NCBI GenBank assembly: GCA_002811645.1
Contig: PDIP01000073.1
Location: 230,951 to 294,950 of the forward strand
DNA from: Corallochytrium limacisporum Hawaii
Lineage: Eukaryota > Protista > Pluriformea
Length of the DNA stretch: 64,000 bases
Direction of reading: 5' to 3'
A model generated the notes under the pieces. It saw only the letters and a program-made list of their open reading frames with translations, did no database searches and was not told the origin of the DNA. Each line of letters begins with the position of its first letter. Position 1 is the first letter of the stretch. Of this stretch, positions 1-10,605 are shown piece by piece. The translations under genes were made by a program, and so were the position numbers.

Positions 1-63
1 AAGTCACCCTTTTGGCGCGATCGGCTCATGCACTACGGGGCACCTCCGAGCGCGGGCCGGCGG

Positions 64-81
64 CCCCCCCCCCGGGGGGGG
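64..81. promoter_or_regulatory. C10G8 palindrome upstream of GOSR1
   Basis: Sequence seen directly, about 360 bp before the ATG; the regulatory role is inferred. Confidence 0.4.
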
Positions 82-169
82 CCCTTCCACTGCAGAATTG
101 TGTTTTGTTTCACAAGTTTCGTTTGTTGTGTGTATTTTTGTTGTTTTGAGGAAGGATACTTTCTTTCAA

Positions 170-218
170 GTATGGTTGCTAAAAAACTACTGTTATGACT
201 TTAAGGATCTCTGTTCAG
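170..218 (+). other. Candidate 5'-UTR intron of GOSR1 (49 nt)
   Basis: GTATGG...ATGAC...TCTCTGTTCAG|G. Confidence 0.5.
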
Positions 219-439
219 GTACTTCGCTGTTATTATTTTGGTGAACCCAAAGTATAGTCATATTTTTGTATCACGTATAGCGAATTTGAGAAAATATAAG
301 TGGTCACAGAGACAGAGAGTGTGTGTACAATTGAAATCAACAGTCAGTGTTTAAGCACAATATTTCAGAAACAATGTGAATTGAAAGAAATAATATTGAT
401 GATTTCTATAGAGTCGATCTCAAGTAACTAGAAACAAGA

Positions 440-1159
440 ATGCAAAGTTCACGCCGCCCACAGGAGGCGGGCAATCGCGAATGGGACGAACTGCGAAAGC
501 AGGCGCGACACATGGAAAGCGAACTCGATGTCAAGCTCATTCAAGTAAAGAAACTGTCATCAGCGTCAAGAGCTAATGCTCGGCTGGATGTGAACAATGA
601 TATTGGACAAATTAGGCAAGAGGACCTGGAACAAATGAACAATTTATTGCGAGGTGTGGAAGAAATTCTCAACCACTTGGAAAGTGTAAACGATCGAATG
701 CAACGCATTGTTGAAGAAACACCAGTTGCACAAGCGTCACATGTGCATATGATGCGGAGGCACCGAGATATTTTGGCAGATTATTTCCGTGAATATCGTC
801 AGCTGCAGGAGAATGTACGAACGTTGAGCGAACGCAATGAGCTGTTCGCCAACGTCCAGCGCGACATCAACTCCTACCGCAACAGTCAGGACTACTATCT
901 TGGGGAACGGCAACAGTTGTCTAGTTCTCACAATGTTCTTGATGAGTCAATATCCATAGCGATGTCGGCCAAGGATGCACTGATGGGCAATCGGGACAGT
1001 TTTGAGGACATTAGTGGACGCATGAAAGCATTGGTCCAGCGCTTCCCTCAGATTAACAACTTGATGCAGCGAATCTCCCGACGGAAAGCACGAGACAAGT
1101 ATATCATGGTCGGAGTCATCTCATTCTGCATCATCCTCATGTTTTTGTATGTATTCTAG
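440..1159 (+). CDS. GOSR1: Golgi SNAP receptor complex member 1 (Gos1/GS28, Qb-SNARE)
   Basis: 239-aa ORF with N-terminal WDELRKQAR..E.ELD.KL, MRRHRDIL.DY, a SNARE motif ending FPQINNLMQRI..RK.RD and a C-terminal TM anchor (YIMVGVISFCIILMFLY). Confidence 0.95.
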   Translation: MQSSRRPQEAGNREWDELRKQARHMESELDVKLIQVKKLSSASRANARLDVNNDIGQIRQEDLEQMNNLLRGVEEILNHLESVNDRMQRIVEETPVAQASHVHMMRRHRDILADYFREYRQLQENVRTLSERNELFANVQRDINSYRNSQDYYLGERQQLSSSHNVLDESISIAMSAKDALMGNRDSFEDISGRMKALVQRFPQINNLMQRISRRKARDKYIMVGVISFCIILMFLYVF

Positions 1160-3333
1160 TCTTGCATATCTGAATATGGCATGTAGCCCTCGCACTAAGT
1201 TGTCTGTCCCACACGGCCCCTGCCGTACATTCCGAGGCGGTCTTCAAAAGCCACAGACTCCGCCAGTTGCCGGGGTTCTGCGTTACCGATTGCGTGATTT
1301 AAAGAACCTTAGTCCCTATAAACTGACCTATATTTTTTTCATCTCGTGGATTTGATTTCCTATGTCGTAAGTGTACCGAATGAATTTTCCTGATTCAAAT
1401 CTACAACGGGCCGTAAACCCGCTCCTTCGCCTGTTTTTTTTTTGCGTGCACGCTCCCCGTGCCCGGCTGCGTGCGATGGGCAGCGACAGCAGCCCAATCT
1501 TTGCGTAGACAAGGTATGTGACACGCAGCATCATAAAGTATTCGAAGTGTCTCTATTTTCGCGCACCATCAACCACATCATATTCCGCCGCCGCTCACAT
1601 GCCTGATATAATGACCAGTGGTGTGAGCCTCCTCCATAGCTCACCGTACAAAAGGGTCCCTTGGTGTTTGTAAACGTTGAACAATCATCCACCACTCCAC
1701 CGCCACCGCCGGCGTTGCCCACACAACCCTTGTACAATTTTTCTACTTCCGAAATTCCCGTACATTTGTAGGTAATATTCAGTTCATCGTGGTCTGCGCA
1801 CAAGATCTTTCGTTTTTGGGTATGGGGATTTGCACAAGTGTCCTGCAATTACACCCTCCCCCCCCTCCCCCACCCCGGGGGGCATAGTGATATGACGTCG
1901 AGGTAAGGCTTCCCGGCAGAAGAGGAAGGTAAAGGAGGGGGAGGGGGGGAGGAGGGGGCCGGTTCCCCCCCTGCCGTAGATTTTATTACCCCTTTCCCCG
2001 CCGCTTTCAACTCTCCTCCTCCGAGTTTTTTTCCTTTTCCTCCAAGCACGCCCCCTTCCCCCGGTCTGCGATCGCCAGAGTTTGAAACCATGGCCCCCCT
2101 CTTTTTCTTTGCCTCTGTATGGGTGTGTGTGTGCGTTGGTTTTCTATTTGAGTTGTATTTTTTCCTGGTCGCTTGAAACTTCCCTCGCTTTTCACGTGGC
2201 TGGCCGGCTTCACACAAGGACCTGATCAGCACAAAAGAGCTGCACGGGGGCCCTTCGGGTTGGTTGAGTTGTTCACCAACTCTCCGGTCTGCCTTCTCCC
2301 CTCTCCCTCTCTCTCTCGCTCTCGCTCCACCCCTCCTTTGGCTGTATCTAATCTGTTTCTTCCTTTCGACGGTCCATGAGGTATACGAAGAGTATGAACT
2401 GGGGAGGGAAATTGGAAGGCAATCGCATTTTTTTTTTGCAGATTTCGCGGCTGTTTGCCGATGGTTAACGAACTGATGGGAATAAAAACCCAAGCGAGCC
2501 CCGCAGGGGCCGGTTGGCCGGCCCGAAAACTGTCGGAAGGACTGAGCGCCCACCCCCAAATTTCTTCAATACATTCAGTATGAAAGTGAATGCGGCATTA
2601 GCGACCGCCCCCTGTCTTTCCACCGTGCCTGCTCCATTTGTCCCTTCCCCTCGCACGGTGTCGCAGGTTCGGTGCGCAAGGATTGACTCCCCCCTTCACA
2701 CCAACCGACAACCTCCGTGTACTTCTCGCTCCGCCTCGAACTCTTTGGGGCGGTCTACGCGTTCAAGCACAACCGCAACACAGCGGATGGACATGGATAG
2801 AGCCTGCGGCCTGATTTTCTTCTGCTGTTGCCGTCGTCGTGGCAGCTCTGGGGTCTCTTAGCTCCATGGCCGTTTGTTTCTTCAGCTCAACTCTTACCGT
2901 CCAGCAAGGGTTGCAGTGATCGAGTGCCCAGGGCGAGGGGGAAGGGAAAGGGGGGCTGCCGGACTGGGCAGAAAGAACAGTCACACGGGCGGCGAAGATA
3001 TTAGCGCTTGCCGCCGCACCAAGCAGGCTGTTCTTTGCTAGTGAGAAACTGGTCACTTCACGAAGAAACCAGGAACGCACAGTCTAGAGACAGTGATGAA
3101 CAGTGTGGTGCACGAAACGGGGGACGGTGAGGGTGCCGGTGGGGGAAGTCTTGCCATCCGGTGCTAGCCGCTCGGAGGTATATAGTGCTCACCAGGTGTG
3201 TGATCGCATTGAAAGGATGTGTCCATGTTAGGACCCATCAGTACCCTATTAAGTAAATCAGAGCCAAAGTCCAGAGATCGAGCGGTGGACGAGTGAAGCT
3301 TGGGATAACTTGAAAGCAAGAGGGAGGAAGACA

Positions 3334-3386
3334 GTAAGTCACGGAGAAATAGCGGTTGAACGAAGGGGAAGGGACATACTTTGCAG
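3334..3386 (+). other. Candidate 5'-UTR intron of the TLC gene (53 nt)
   Basis: Perfect donor GTAAGT and acceptor CTTTGCAG, 10 nt before the ATG. Confidence 0.65.
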
Positions 3387-3396
3387 TGACCCAAAC

Positions 3397-4296
3397 ATGG
3401 ATGGCACTTCCGTACCGGTTGTTACACATGAAATATGGGATGCTCTCAAAGCTGTCTTCCTTTTACTTGACATTGAGCATGTGCAACAGTTTGTACCCAT
3501 CCAGGGGGTCGCCATGTGCATGTTGGCATGCACTGTCTATTGCGCTTTAGCCGACCTGATCTACATTAGCCTGGCTGGCAAGAATGGTCCTGCACGCTGG
3601 TTTTTTGTGCACGCAGCAGCTAACCTTGTTGTGGTTACTACTGCCACACCGGCTCTAATTGCCTGGTTTGCGGAACCGGAGACGTCAGCCAACTATACTA
3701 AGTACAATATGCCCCACGAAGTCTTTAGCTGGGAGTCTGCCTTTGATCCCTACAGTCACTGGCCTTTGATTATGGTAATTGTCATCCACGCTTACCATAT
3801 CGTCACCTTTGAAAAAGTTACTCCTTCTGATTACTTCCATCATCTTGTCTTTGTACCGGTTATTGCCATCTACGGTGGTCTTTTGCATCCCTCGGGGCCC
3901 CTGCGCAACGTTTTGGCATTCTTCATCTCCGGTCTACCAGGAGGGCTCGATTACGTACTCCTGGTCATGCAGAAGCATGGCTATATTGAGCGCCACACGG
4001 AGAAGTCGATTAATCGTTACATTAATCTGTACATTCGCCAACCCGGTCTACTACTGGCCGGCTTTAGCATCTACCTGAACTGGCGCTCTGGGAATCTGAA
4101 TGCGGCCACTCAGCCAGGTCTCGGGGCCCTGATTGTCGCTTTCTTCTGCGTCTGGAACGGTATCTACTACATGGACATGGTGGTGGGCAACTGGTACGAA
4201 GTCAACCTGAAGATGAAGCTTCAGGAGGAGCTCAAGAAGCCGACCACCCCTGTCAGCAGTCCACGCCGCAGCGCCGCCAAGGTGAAGGCCTATTAG
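3397..4296 (+). CDS. TLC (TRAM/LAG1/CLN8)-like multi-pass membrane protein
   Basis: First in-frame ATG at 3397 (ORF track opens at TTG 3310). Several hydrophobic segments, with RWFFVHA..N, DYFHH and FFISGLPGGLDY motifs reminiscent of TLC-domain proteins. The CDS is secure; the family call is moderate. Confidence 0.7.
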   Translation: MDGTSVPVVTHEIWDALKAVFLLLDIEHVQQFVPIQGVAMCMLACTVYCALADLIYISLAGKNGPARWFFVHAAANLVVVTTATPALIAWFAEPETSANYTKYNMPHEVFSWESAFDPYSHWPLIMVIVIHAYHIVTFEKVTPSDYFHHLVFVPVIAIYGGLLHPSGPLRNVLAFFISGLPGGLDYVLLVMQKHGYIERHTEKSINRYINLYIRQPGLLLAGFSIYLNWRSGNLNAATQPGLGALIVAFFCVWNGIYYMDMVVGNWYEVNLKMKLQEELKKPTTPVSSPRRSAAKVKAY

Positions 4297-4590
4297 GAGC
4301 CATAATTTCATCATGCATCAATACTATGTCCACACATCAGCGAATAGATTCCGTCATTGTCCATGAGGCACATATCCAACTACGCTTTTTGAAGGACAAA
4401 CTTAAAAGACACGATCGTGGGCACCCTGGATTGACAGGGCTAAGATCTCTGTTGACTGATAGTTTAAAATTTGTGCATTGTGCTTTTATAGAAACAAATT
4501 GGATTGTTATGAAACTTTGAATGGAAAAATGATGGTAACATGCTGATGTCTTTTGTTTTAGTTTGATGGGACGCACCCGCAGCAAACTGT

Positions 4591-5898
4591 TTAGGCCACA
4601 ACCTCAGCAATGACGCCGGTACCGATAGTCTTGTTACCCTCACGGATGGTAAAGCGATCTCCGGCCTCAGCAGCGATGGGCTTGATGATCTCAAGTGTGG
4701 CAGTTACGTTGTCACCAGGCATGCAGATCTCCTTGTTCTCCAACTGGATCTCAGCGGTTACATCGCAGGTGCGCAAGAAGATCTGGGGACGGAAGGAGGA
4801 AGTGAAAGGTTTGTGGCGGCCACCCTCATCCTTCTTCAAAATATACAGCTCGGCCTTGACCTTGGTGTGGGGCTTGACGGTGCCAGGTTTGCACAGAACC
4901 ATTCCGCGTTTAATGTCACTGCGCTTGATGTTTCGCAGCAGGGCACCCAGGTTGTCACCAGCGTGAGCCTCATCAAGAGACTTCTTGAAAGTCTCGATAC
5001 CAGTGCAGGTGGTCTTGATGGGAGCCTCAGTCATGCCAACAATCTCGAGATCCTCACCCTTCTTGAGCTTACCGCGCTCCACGCAACCCGTCACGACAGT
5101 ACCACGCCCGGCAATGCTGAAACAGTCCTCAATAGGCATCAAGAAAGGCTTGTCCAGATCACGCTGCGGCTCGGGGATCCATTCGTCAACATTGGCCATG
5201 AGCTCCATAATGCGATCCTTACCCAGTTCAGGCTTCTTGTCCTCAATGGCGGCCAAAGCCGATCCCTTGACCACAGGGGTGTTCTCTCCATCGTAGCCAA
5301 ACTCGGTAAGCAATTCCCGGACCTCATCCTCGACCAGCTCAGCCATTTCCTCATCAGCAGCATCCAGCTTGTTCATGAAAACCACAATCTTGGGCAGACC
5401 AATCTGCTTGGCCAACAGCAAGTGTTCGCGGGTCTGCGGCATGCAGCCGTCGGTGGCAGCCACCACCAGGATGGCACCGTCCATCTGGGCGGTACCGGTA
5501 ATCATGTTCTTAACGTAATCGGCGTGACCGGGGCAATCAACGTGAGCGTAATGGCGGTTATCGGTTTGGTATTCGACGTGGGCAGAGGCGATGGTGATAC
5601 CACGGGCCTTCTCTTCCGGAGCATTATCGATGGCATCGTAGGCGCGGTACTCGGCGCCGCCAGCCTCGGCGAGGACTTTAGTGATAGCAGCGGTCAGGGT
5701 AGTCTTACCGTGATCGACGTGACCAATGGTACCGATGTTGACGTGAGGCTTGGTACGCTCAAAGGTGGCCATGCCTCGCAGGCTCAGGGCCGGGAAGACG
5801 GTACGAGAGACCATAGGAGCGGAGGCGACCTTGCTGCCGAGCTGAACAGCTCCGGACAGGCGGGAGGCCATCATACGGACCACGCTTGCGGATGCCAT
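4591..5898 (-). CDS. TUFM: Elongation factor Tu, mitochondrial
   Basis: [22 protein letters not shown] and NKLD GTPase motifs, preceded by an Arg/Ser-rich, acid-free presequence of about 45 aa. Confidence 0.98.
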   Translation of the reverse strand: MASASVVRMMASRLSGAVQLGSKVASAPMVSRTVFPALSLRGMATFERTKPHVNIGTIGHVDHGKTTLTAAITKVLAEAGGAEYRAYDAIDNAPEEKARGITIASAHVEYQTDNRHYAHVDCPGHADYVKNMITGTAQMDGAILVVAATDGCMPQTREHLLLAKQIGLPKIVVFMNKLDAADEEMAELVEDEVRELLTEFGYDGENTPVVKGSALAAIEDKKPELGKDRIMELMANVDEWIPEPQRDLDKPFLMPIEDCFSIAGRGTVVTGCVERGKLKKGEDLEIVGMTEAPIKTTCTGIETFKKSLDEAHAGDNLGALLRNIKRSDIKRGMVLCKPGTVKPHTKVKAELYILKKDEGGRHKPFTSSFRPQIFLRTCDVTAEIQLENKEICMPGDNVTATLEIIKPIAAEAGDRFTIREGNKTIGTGVIAEVVA

Positions 5899-6693
5899 GT
5901 TGACTCCGTAAAGTGTGGGAGATGCAATGATAATTCTTTACCCGTTTGAAAACAGTAGGTTCAAATGTCATAAACATGTGGTTGTTTTGAACACATACCC
6001 TTCAATACCTTCAAATACAAAATCTCGTGCGTGATCATTTCCTTACGGGACAACATTTTCAGAAAGGATAATCAGCATGACTGTTTGAAGCCTGTAAACT
6101 GGTCTTATATGTTACCATAACAAATTTCTTTATTGACAGACGACTTGGCAGAGAACACCGGGTTCAACCCGCTTCTGTGCCCTTGTGAACCGATCAGTGC
6201 TGGGTCTCAGACACCGCTCTCCCGTGTGCGTGACCTTCCCCGTGGCCCTTACTCTCCCATTCGGTACAGGCGCAAACAAAACACTTCGCACTCGTCAGAG
6301 ATAAGGTAGAGGCCCACTTGCGCAGCACAGTCGCCTATTGAAGCAAAGGCCCACAAGCTCCGGCACATGGGGGCCCTCCCCCAGGGAAGGCGGGGAAGGG
6401 GGACGGCAAGTTTCAAAGTGGCTGAGGCTGTGTTTCTGTGCGACAGGCCCCCCCGTTTCCTTCCGAGCGGAACAATTCCCATACATTCACTACCGCAGGC
6501 AACCCGCACAAGGGGTCTCCCGACTCACAATGAAAATTGACCGCTACCGACAGGGCCCAAAAAGAAAAAGAAAGAGAGAACCTTCACAAGTCCACTGGGT
6601 ATTGATCATGTATTTTTATTGATATATGGATGGGGAATATAATCAATATCGGACCGACAGTTCTCCAACCCCTTTGGAGAGTTTGGTCTTTGC

Positions 6694-7641
6694 TTACCCG
6701 CTCGCAGCAGCGGCGGCAGCGAATGCTGCACCCGATCCAGAGGTCACGTTGGCGGCGTCTTCTGATTGACGCTTCTGCGGATGGATCAGGAACTGATGGT
6801 CGGCCTCGTTCTGGGTCGGATGCTCAAGATCATCGACCCCGAACGTCCGTTCAACGATGCGTACCCGGTTGTTGTGATCAACAAGGATGACAGTTGTCGC
6901 GCGCGTTCCATATATGCCGGAAAAGCCCGGGGCGAGCGGCACAGGCTGAGGAAGGATGCGGATACTAGACAGGGCCCACTCTACTTCTTTCGGCACACCA
7001 GTGTTGGGCAAATCAGTTTCGTTTTCGTGTACCCTACTGTCCCTCATAATACCAAACAGTTCATCGATCACAGCATCCTCAGTTTCACTATCAGTCTTCT
7101 TCAATAGCTCTGACACGTTGTGCTTACCTTTTTGAACCTTAGGCCAGTTACGTGAGTTGATCGGTCCATTGCTCATGCCGTGCACGTCCTTCAAAGGCAG
7201 CTTCATAACTCCGATCTTGTGGCGATTGCTCAGATACCACAGTTCCGGTTCCTCGCCGTCTAGTTTACCAACAATCAGGTTGAATCCATTGTATTGGCCC
7301 ATCTTCTCCTCTAGCTTTCGCAAATAGGTCTCTGGATCGTCGTTCCCACTAAGGAAGTCAGATGTCAGTGCCCCGCGACTGAGCATGTTCAGTTTCTGGT
7401 TGGCCTCACGAAAGTTCGTTAGAACACTGAATCGACCGTTTTCTGTGATACCAAGCCATGTACCAGCACCTCGTCCGACCTCTGCATCGTATCCCCCGTA
7501 GATGAGGCCTCCGTCATGGGCCTTCCGGTGAGGCCATGCCTGCAGCGGTTCCGTGGGGCGGGCAAAGAATTCGTCCCTATTGTTGGCGATGATCAATTTG
7601 TAATTGTCCGTGGTGTGTATTCCTAGAAATACAATACACAT
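6694..7641 (-). CDS. TANGO2: TANGO2/NRDE family protein
   Basis: Starts MCIVF; NRDEFFARPT, GTWLGI, SRGAL, YNGFNLI, WPKV and YGTR motifs. Confidence 0.95.
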   Translation of the reverse strand: MCIVFLGIHTTDNYKLIIANNRDEFFARPTEPLQAWPHRKAHDGGLIYGGYDAEVGRGAGTWLGITENGRFSVLTNFREANQKLNMLSRGALTSDFLSGNDDPETYLRKLEEKMGQYNGFNLIVGKLDGEEPELWYLSNRHKIGVMKLPLKDVHGMSNGPINSRNWPKVQKGKHNVSELLKKTDSETEDAVIDELFGIMRDSRVHENETDLPNTGVPKEVEWALSSIRILPQPVPLAPGFSGIYGTRATTVILVDHNNRVRIVERTFGVDDLEHPTQNEADHQFLIHPQKRQSEDAANVTSGSGAAFAAAAAASG

Positions 7642-9051
7642 TGTAGTTTTATGTCTATGACCCTGATTCTAAACTTCTAGATGTTTCAAGTCTCTACAGC
7701 TCCTTACACGTATGTAGGTCTACAGGTTGAATGATCTATATCGTTGAGTTACTATTTCTTTCCTTTATGCTGTTATTCTTACAAACCCGTCACCATGCAG
7801 AGTTCTTTTTATGCAATGTCACAAATACCAGAAACCCATGTCTTGCGTCCGTAAGAAGCGGTGTCGCCTCCAAAGGTGTGCCCGAGGACAAAGGAATAGG
7901 GACCCACGGAACAGCCGCATCTCCCAGGCGAATTCCCCCTTCACCCAGCCCAAAGATTCTCACCCAATTTATCATGTGTCATACCCGGCGGTTCTCTCTG
8001 CGCCTCCCCCCTCGGCGTGACAGGCCCGAAGAGGAGAGAACGCGATCGAAAAAAAAAAATGGACGCCCCCCCTCCACTCCAAAACCCTTCTCCCGGCTCT
8101 TGGTCTCCTCCCCGTGCCCGGGCAGAGAGGGTCCAAGCAACCGGGGAGGGGCCCCGGGTTCGGGTCTGCTGACGGACCACCGGCCTTCTTCACAAGGGAA
8201 AATTCTGACCTACAAACCCCCCCCCCTTCCTCCCCCCAAGAGCGAACTACGTTTGCTTCGATCCGTCCCGGCCGGGAAAGTTGAGGAGGGGGGGATGTGC
8301 GTGTGTGTGCCAAAAATAAAAAATCAGGGCTATTTGCGCCGAGCGGGGCATTTACACCCCACCCCCCCTTCTTTTGCCCAAAGCTTTTCTAAATCTAAGA
8401 TGCCCCGCCTGCGGGTGACCCATCGATAGCAGCGACGAACACGCAAGCGCTTACAAATCCTTCCCGACTGCCGCGGTGCGCGCTCCCCTCCCCTGCCTCG
8501 CTCTTGCGAAGGAGTGGCAGGTCGGGGACTGTTGGCAAGTGCCTGCCGCCGCCTTCCTCTCTTGGTCACGGGTGGGTCCGTGGTGTGGCCGGTGAAGTAC
8601 ATCCTGCTGGGTGTGTGCTCATTGACGCAGTGGGCATGCTGTGAGTGAGTCACATGGTCTTGCTGGATGGTAACAGACGAGTAAGTTGGTGGCAAGAGTA
8701 CAGTAAAGCGAAGATCCGGACAAAGAACCAGGGGCAGGAAATTGGGTTCGGAGGAGGATGATTTACCATGTATACTCGTAAACACCAACGAGTCTAAAGA
8801 ACACGTTTCGTGTGTATTGTGATAGTGTGCATATAAGGAGATAAGCCAACAAGGGAACGGGACAACATGCTGCTCTTGTCCCCATCGCTGAGGGTTTCCG
8901 ATCCACGGCTTTGTGCAATGTCCATGAAGTCAATGCGATTGAAATAGATGATATCAATTCTTTAGACGCCTGTTCCCAATGGTATGCGTGGTGTGTGTGT
9001 GCTATGTGATATGTTTGAACCATTTTTAATACCCATGCTAACACCAGATGG

Positions 9052-10605
9052 TTAGTCGAAGCTAATCTTGGTTCCAGAGAACCCAGCAACAGCGCCAGAG
9101 CGGGAAGCCTTCTGCACGGAAGGACCGGATCCGCCACCGCGGCCACCACGGAATCCAAGACCGCCACGGCCACGACCACCGCTGTTGCCTCCACGACCGC
9201 CGAAACCGCCCCGGCCTCCAAAGCCACCACGACCACCACGGCCACCGCGACCGCCACCCTGACGGGGGGTACCCTGACGGCTGTTGTCACGCTGGGTAGC
9301 GTAGTCGAGACGGGGATAGCGACCGTTCAGTTGGTAGGCACCGCATTCGTTCTTGGCCTTCGCAGCCTCCTCCTCAGTGTAGAACTGGACGTAGCCGAAA
9401 CCACGGAACTCACCAGTTTCTTTGCTGGTGGCCAGACGCACCGCCATAACAGGAGCGGACTCGCTGAAGAACTCCCGGACCTGGTCCTCAGAGACATCGA
9501 AGCTGAGGTTACCCACGAATAGAGTGGAGGATTTCTCGGATTCTCCCTTGTCGTTGTGCTTGGCGTTGGGACGAGTCTCGCTCATATCAAAGCGCAGAGT
9601 GCGGCCCTCACAGGGCATGTCCTGCCACTCGTTGATCAGTGTCTGTGCGGCCGTGTTGGGCAAATCAATGTAACCATATCCCTTGGAACGACCTGTGTCC
9701 CGTTCTGTGAGGATGCGGACGGACTTGGTCTGCACGCCGGTCTCGCCCTCAATGAACTCCTTCAAGCTGTCGTCGGTGTGGCTCCACGGGACACCTCCAC
9801 AGAAGAGGGTGACAATCTTGTCATCCTCTCCGCCCTCCTCGGCGACCTTGGCTTTCTTCGCCTGGGGTTCCTCACCTGTCTTGTCCTCAACAAACTCAGC
9901 AGACTCCTCGGGAGTAGCAGCTTCCTCCTCAGTGGTCTCCTCGTGCTTGCGTTTCTTTTCCGCGCTCTTGGTGTCCTCCTCGTCCTCAGAATCAGAGTCA
10001 GAGTCAGAACCGGAGTCAGAACCGCTATCGCTGTCACTGTCACTGTCACTGTCAGAAGACTTGGAGCTGGCCTCGCTGGCAGACTCCTTGGCCTCAGCAA
10101 CCTGCTCAACCTTCTTCACTTTCTTCTCTTCGACTTTAACTTCCTGTTTCTTTGTCACTGCACGCTTCTCCTCCTCGTCATCGGAGTCAGAGTCACTGTC
10201 GGAACCGGAGTCGCTGCCAGAGTCGCTGTCAGAGTCGCTACCGCTGTCACTGTCACTGTCGCTATCGCTTCCACTGTCGGAGTCAGCATCCTTCTTGGCG
10301 TCGGCCTTCTTGTCAGCCTTCTTGTCAGCCTTCTTCTCCACCTTGGTATCCTCCACAGGCACGACTTCGGGAGCTTCAGAAGCCTCAGAAGCAGACTCAG
10401 AGGAAGAAGAGGCAGAAGCAGCTGAAGAGTCAGATTCACTGGAGCTGGAGCCACTAGAGCTGGAGGAATCGGACTCAGAACCAGAGTCAGAGTCGCTCTC
10501 AGCCTCAGCGGCGAGCTTCTTCTTCTCTTCCTCCTTCTTCTTCTGCAGGGCTTTCTCCTTCTTGGAGACCTTGCCGGCCTTCTTTGCCAGGATTGCGGGA
10601 GACAT
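9052..10605 (-). CDS. NSR1: Nucleolin-like protein (Nsr1/Gar2 type)
   Basis: Acidic/Ser-rich N-terminus (SD repeats), two RRMs (RSKGYGYI; LFVGNL..FRGFGYV), RGG/GAR tail and a terminal GTKISFD. Confidence 0.93.
   Translation of the reverse strand: MSPAILAKKAGKVSKKEKALQKKKEEEKKKLAAEAESDSDSGSESDSSSSSGSSSSESDSSAASASSSSESASEASEAPEVVPVEDTKVEKKADKKADKKADAKKDADSDSGSDSDSDSDSGSDSDSDSGSDSGSDSDSDSDDEEEKRAVTKKQEVKVEEKKVKKVEQVAEAKESASEASSKSSDSDSDSDSDSGSDSGSDSDSDSEDEEDTKSAEKKRKHEETTEEEAATPEESAEFVEDKTGEEPQAKKAKVAEEGGEDDKIVTLFCGGVPWSHTDDSLKEFIEGETGVQTKSVRILTERDTGRSKGYGYIDLPNTAAQTLINEWQDMPCEGRTLRFDMSETRPNAKHNDKGESEKSSTLFVGNLSFDVSEDQVREFFSESAPVMAVRLATSKETGEFRGFGYVQFYTEEEAAKAKNECGAYQLNGRYPRLDYATQRDNSRQGTPRQGGGRGGRGGRGGFGGRGGFGGRGGNSGGRGRGGLGFRGGRGGGSGPSVQKASRSGAVAGFSGTKISFD

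Noticed and set aside
1531-1848. 105-aa Cys-containing minus-strand ORF
   Set aside because: Non-ATG start, no signal peptide and no recognisable family.
2370-2465. Kinase-subdomain-I-like stretch VYEEYELGREIGR...FAAVCR
   Set aside because: Only about 25 codons, interrupted by a poly-T insert, with no downstream kinase motifs; cannot be distinguished from chance.
4813-5949. Long antisense ORFs opposite EF-Tu, nucleolin, PEPCK and KANSL2
   Set aside because: Expected shadows of biased codon usage on the coding strand.
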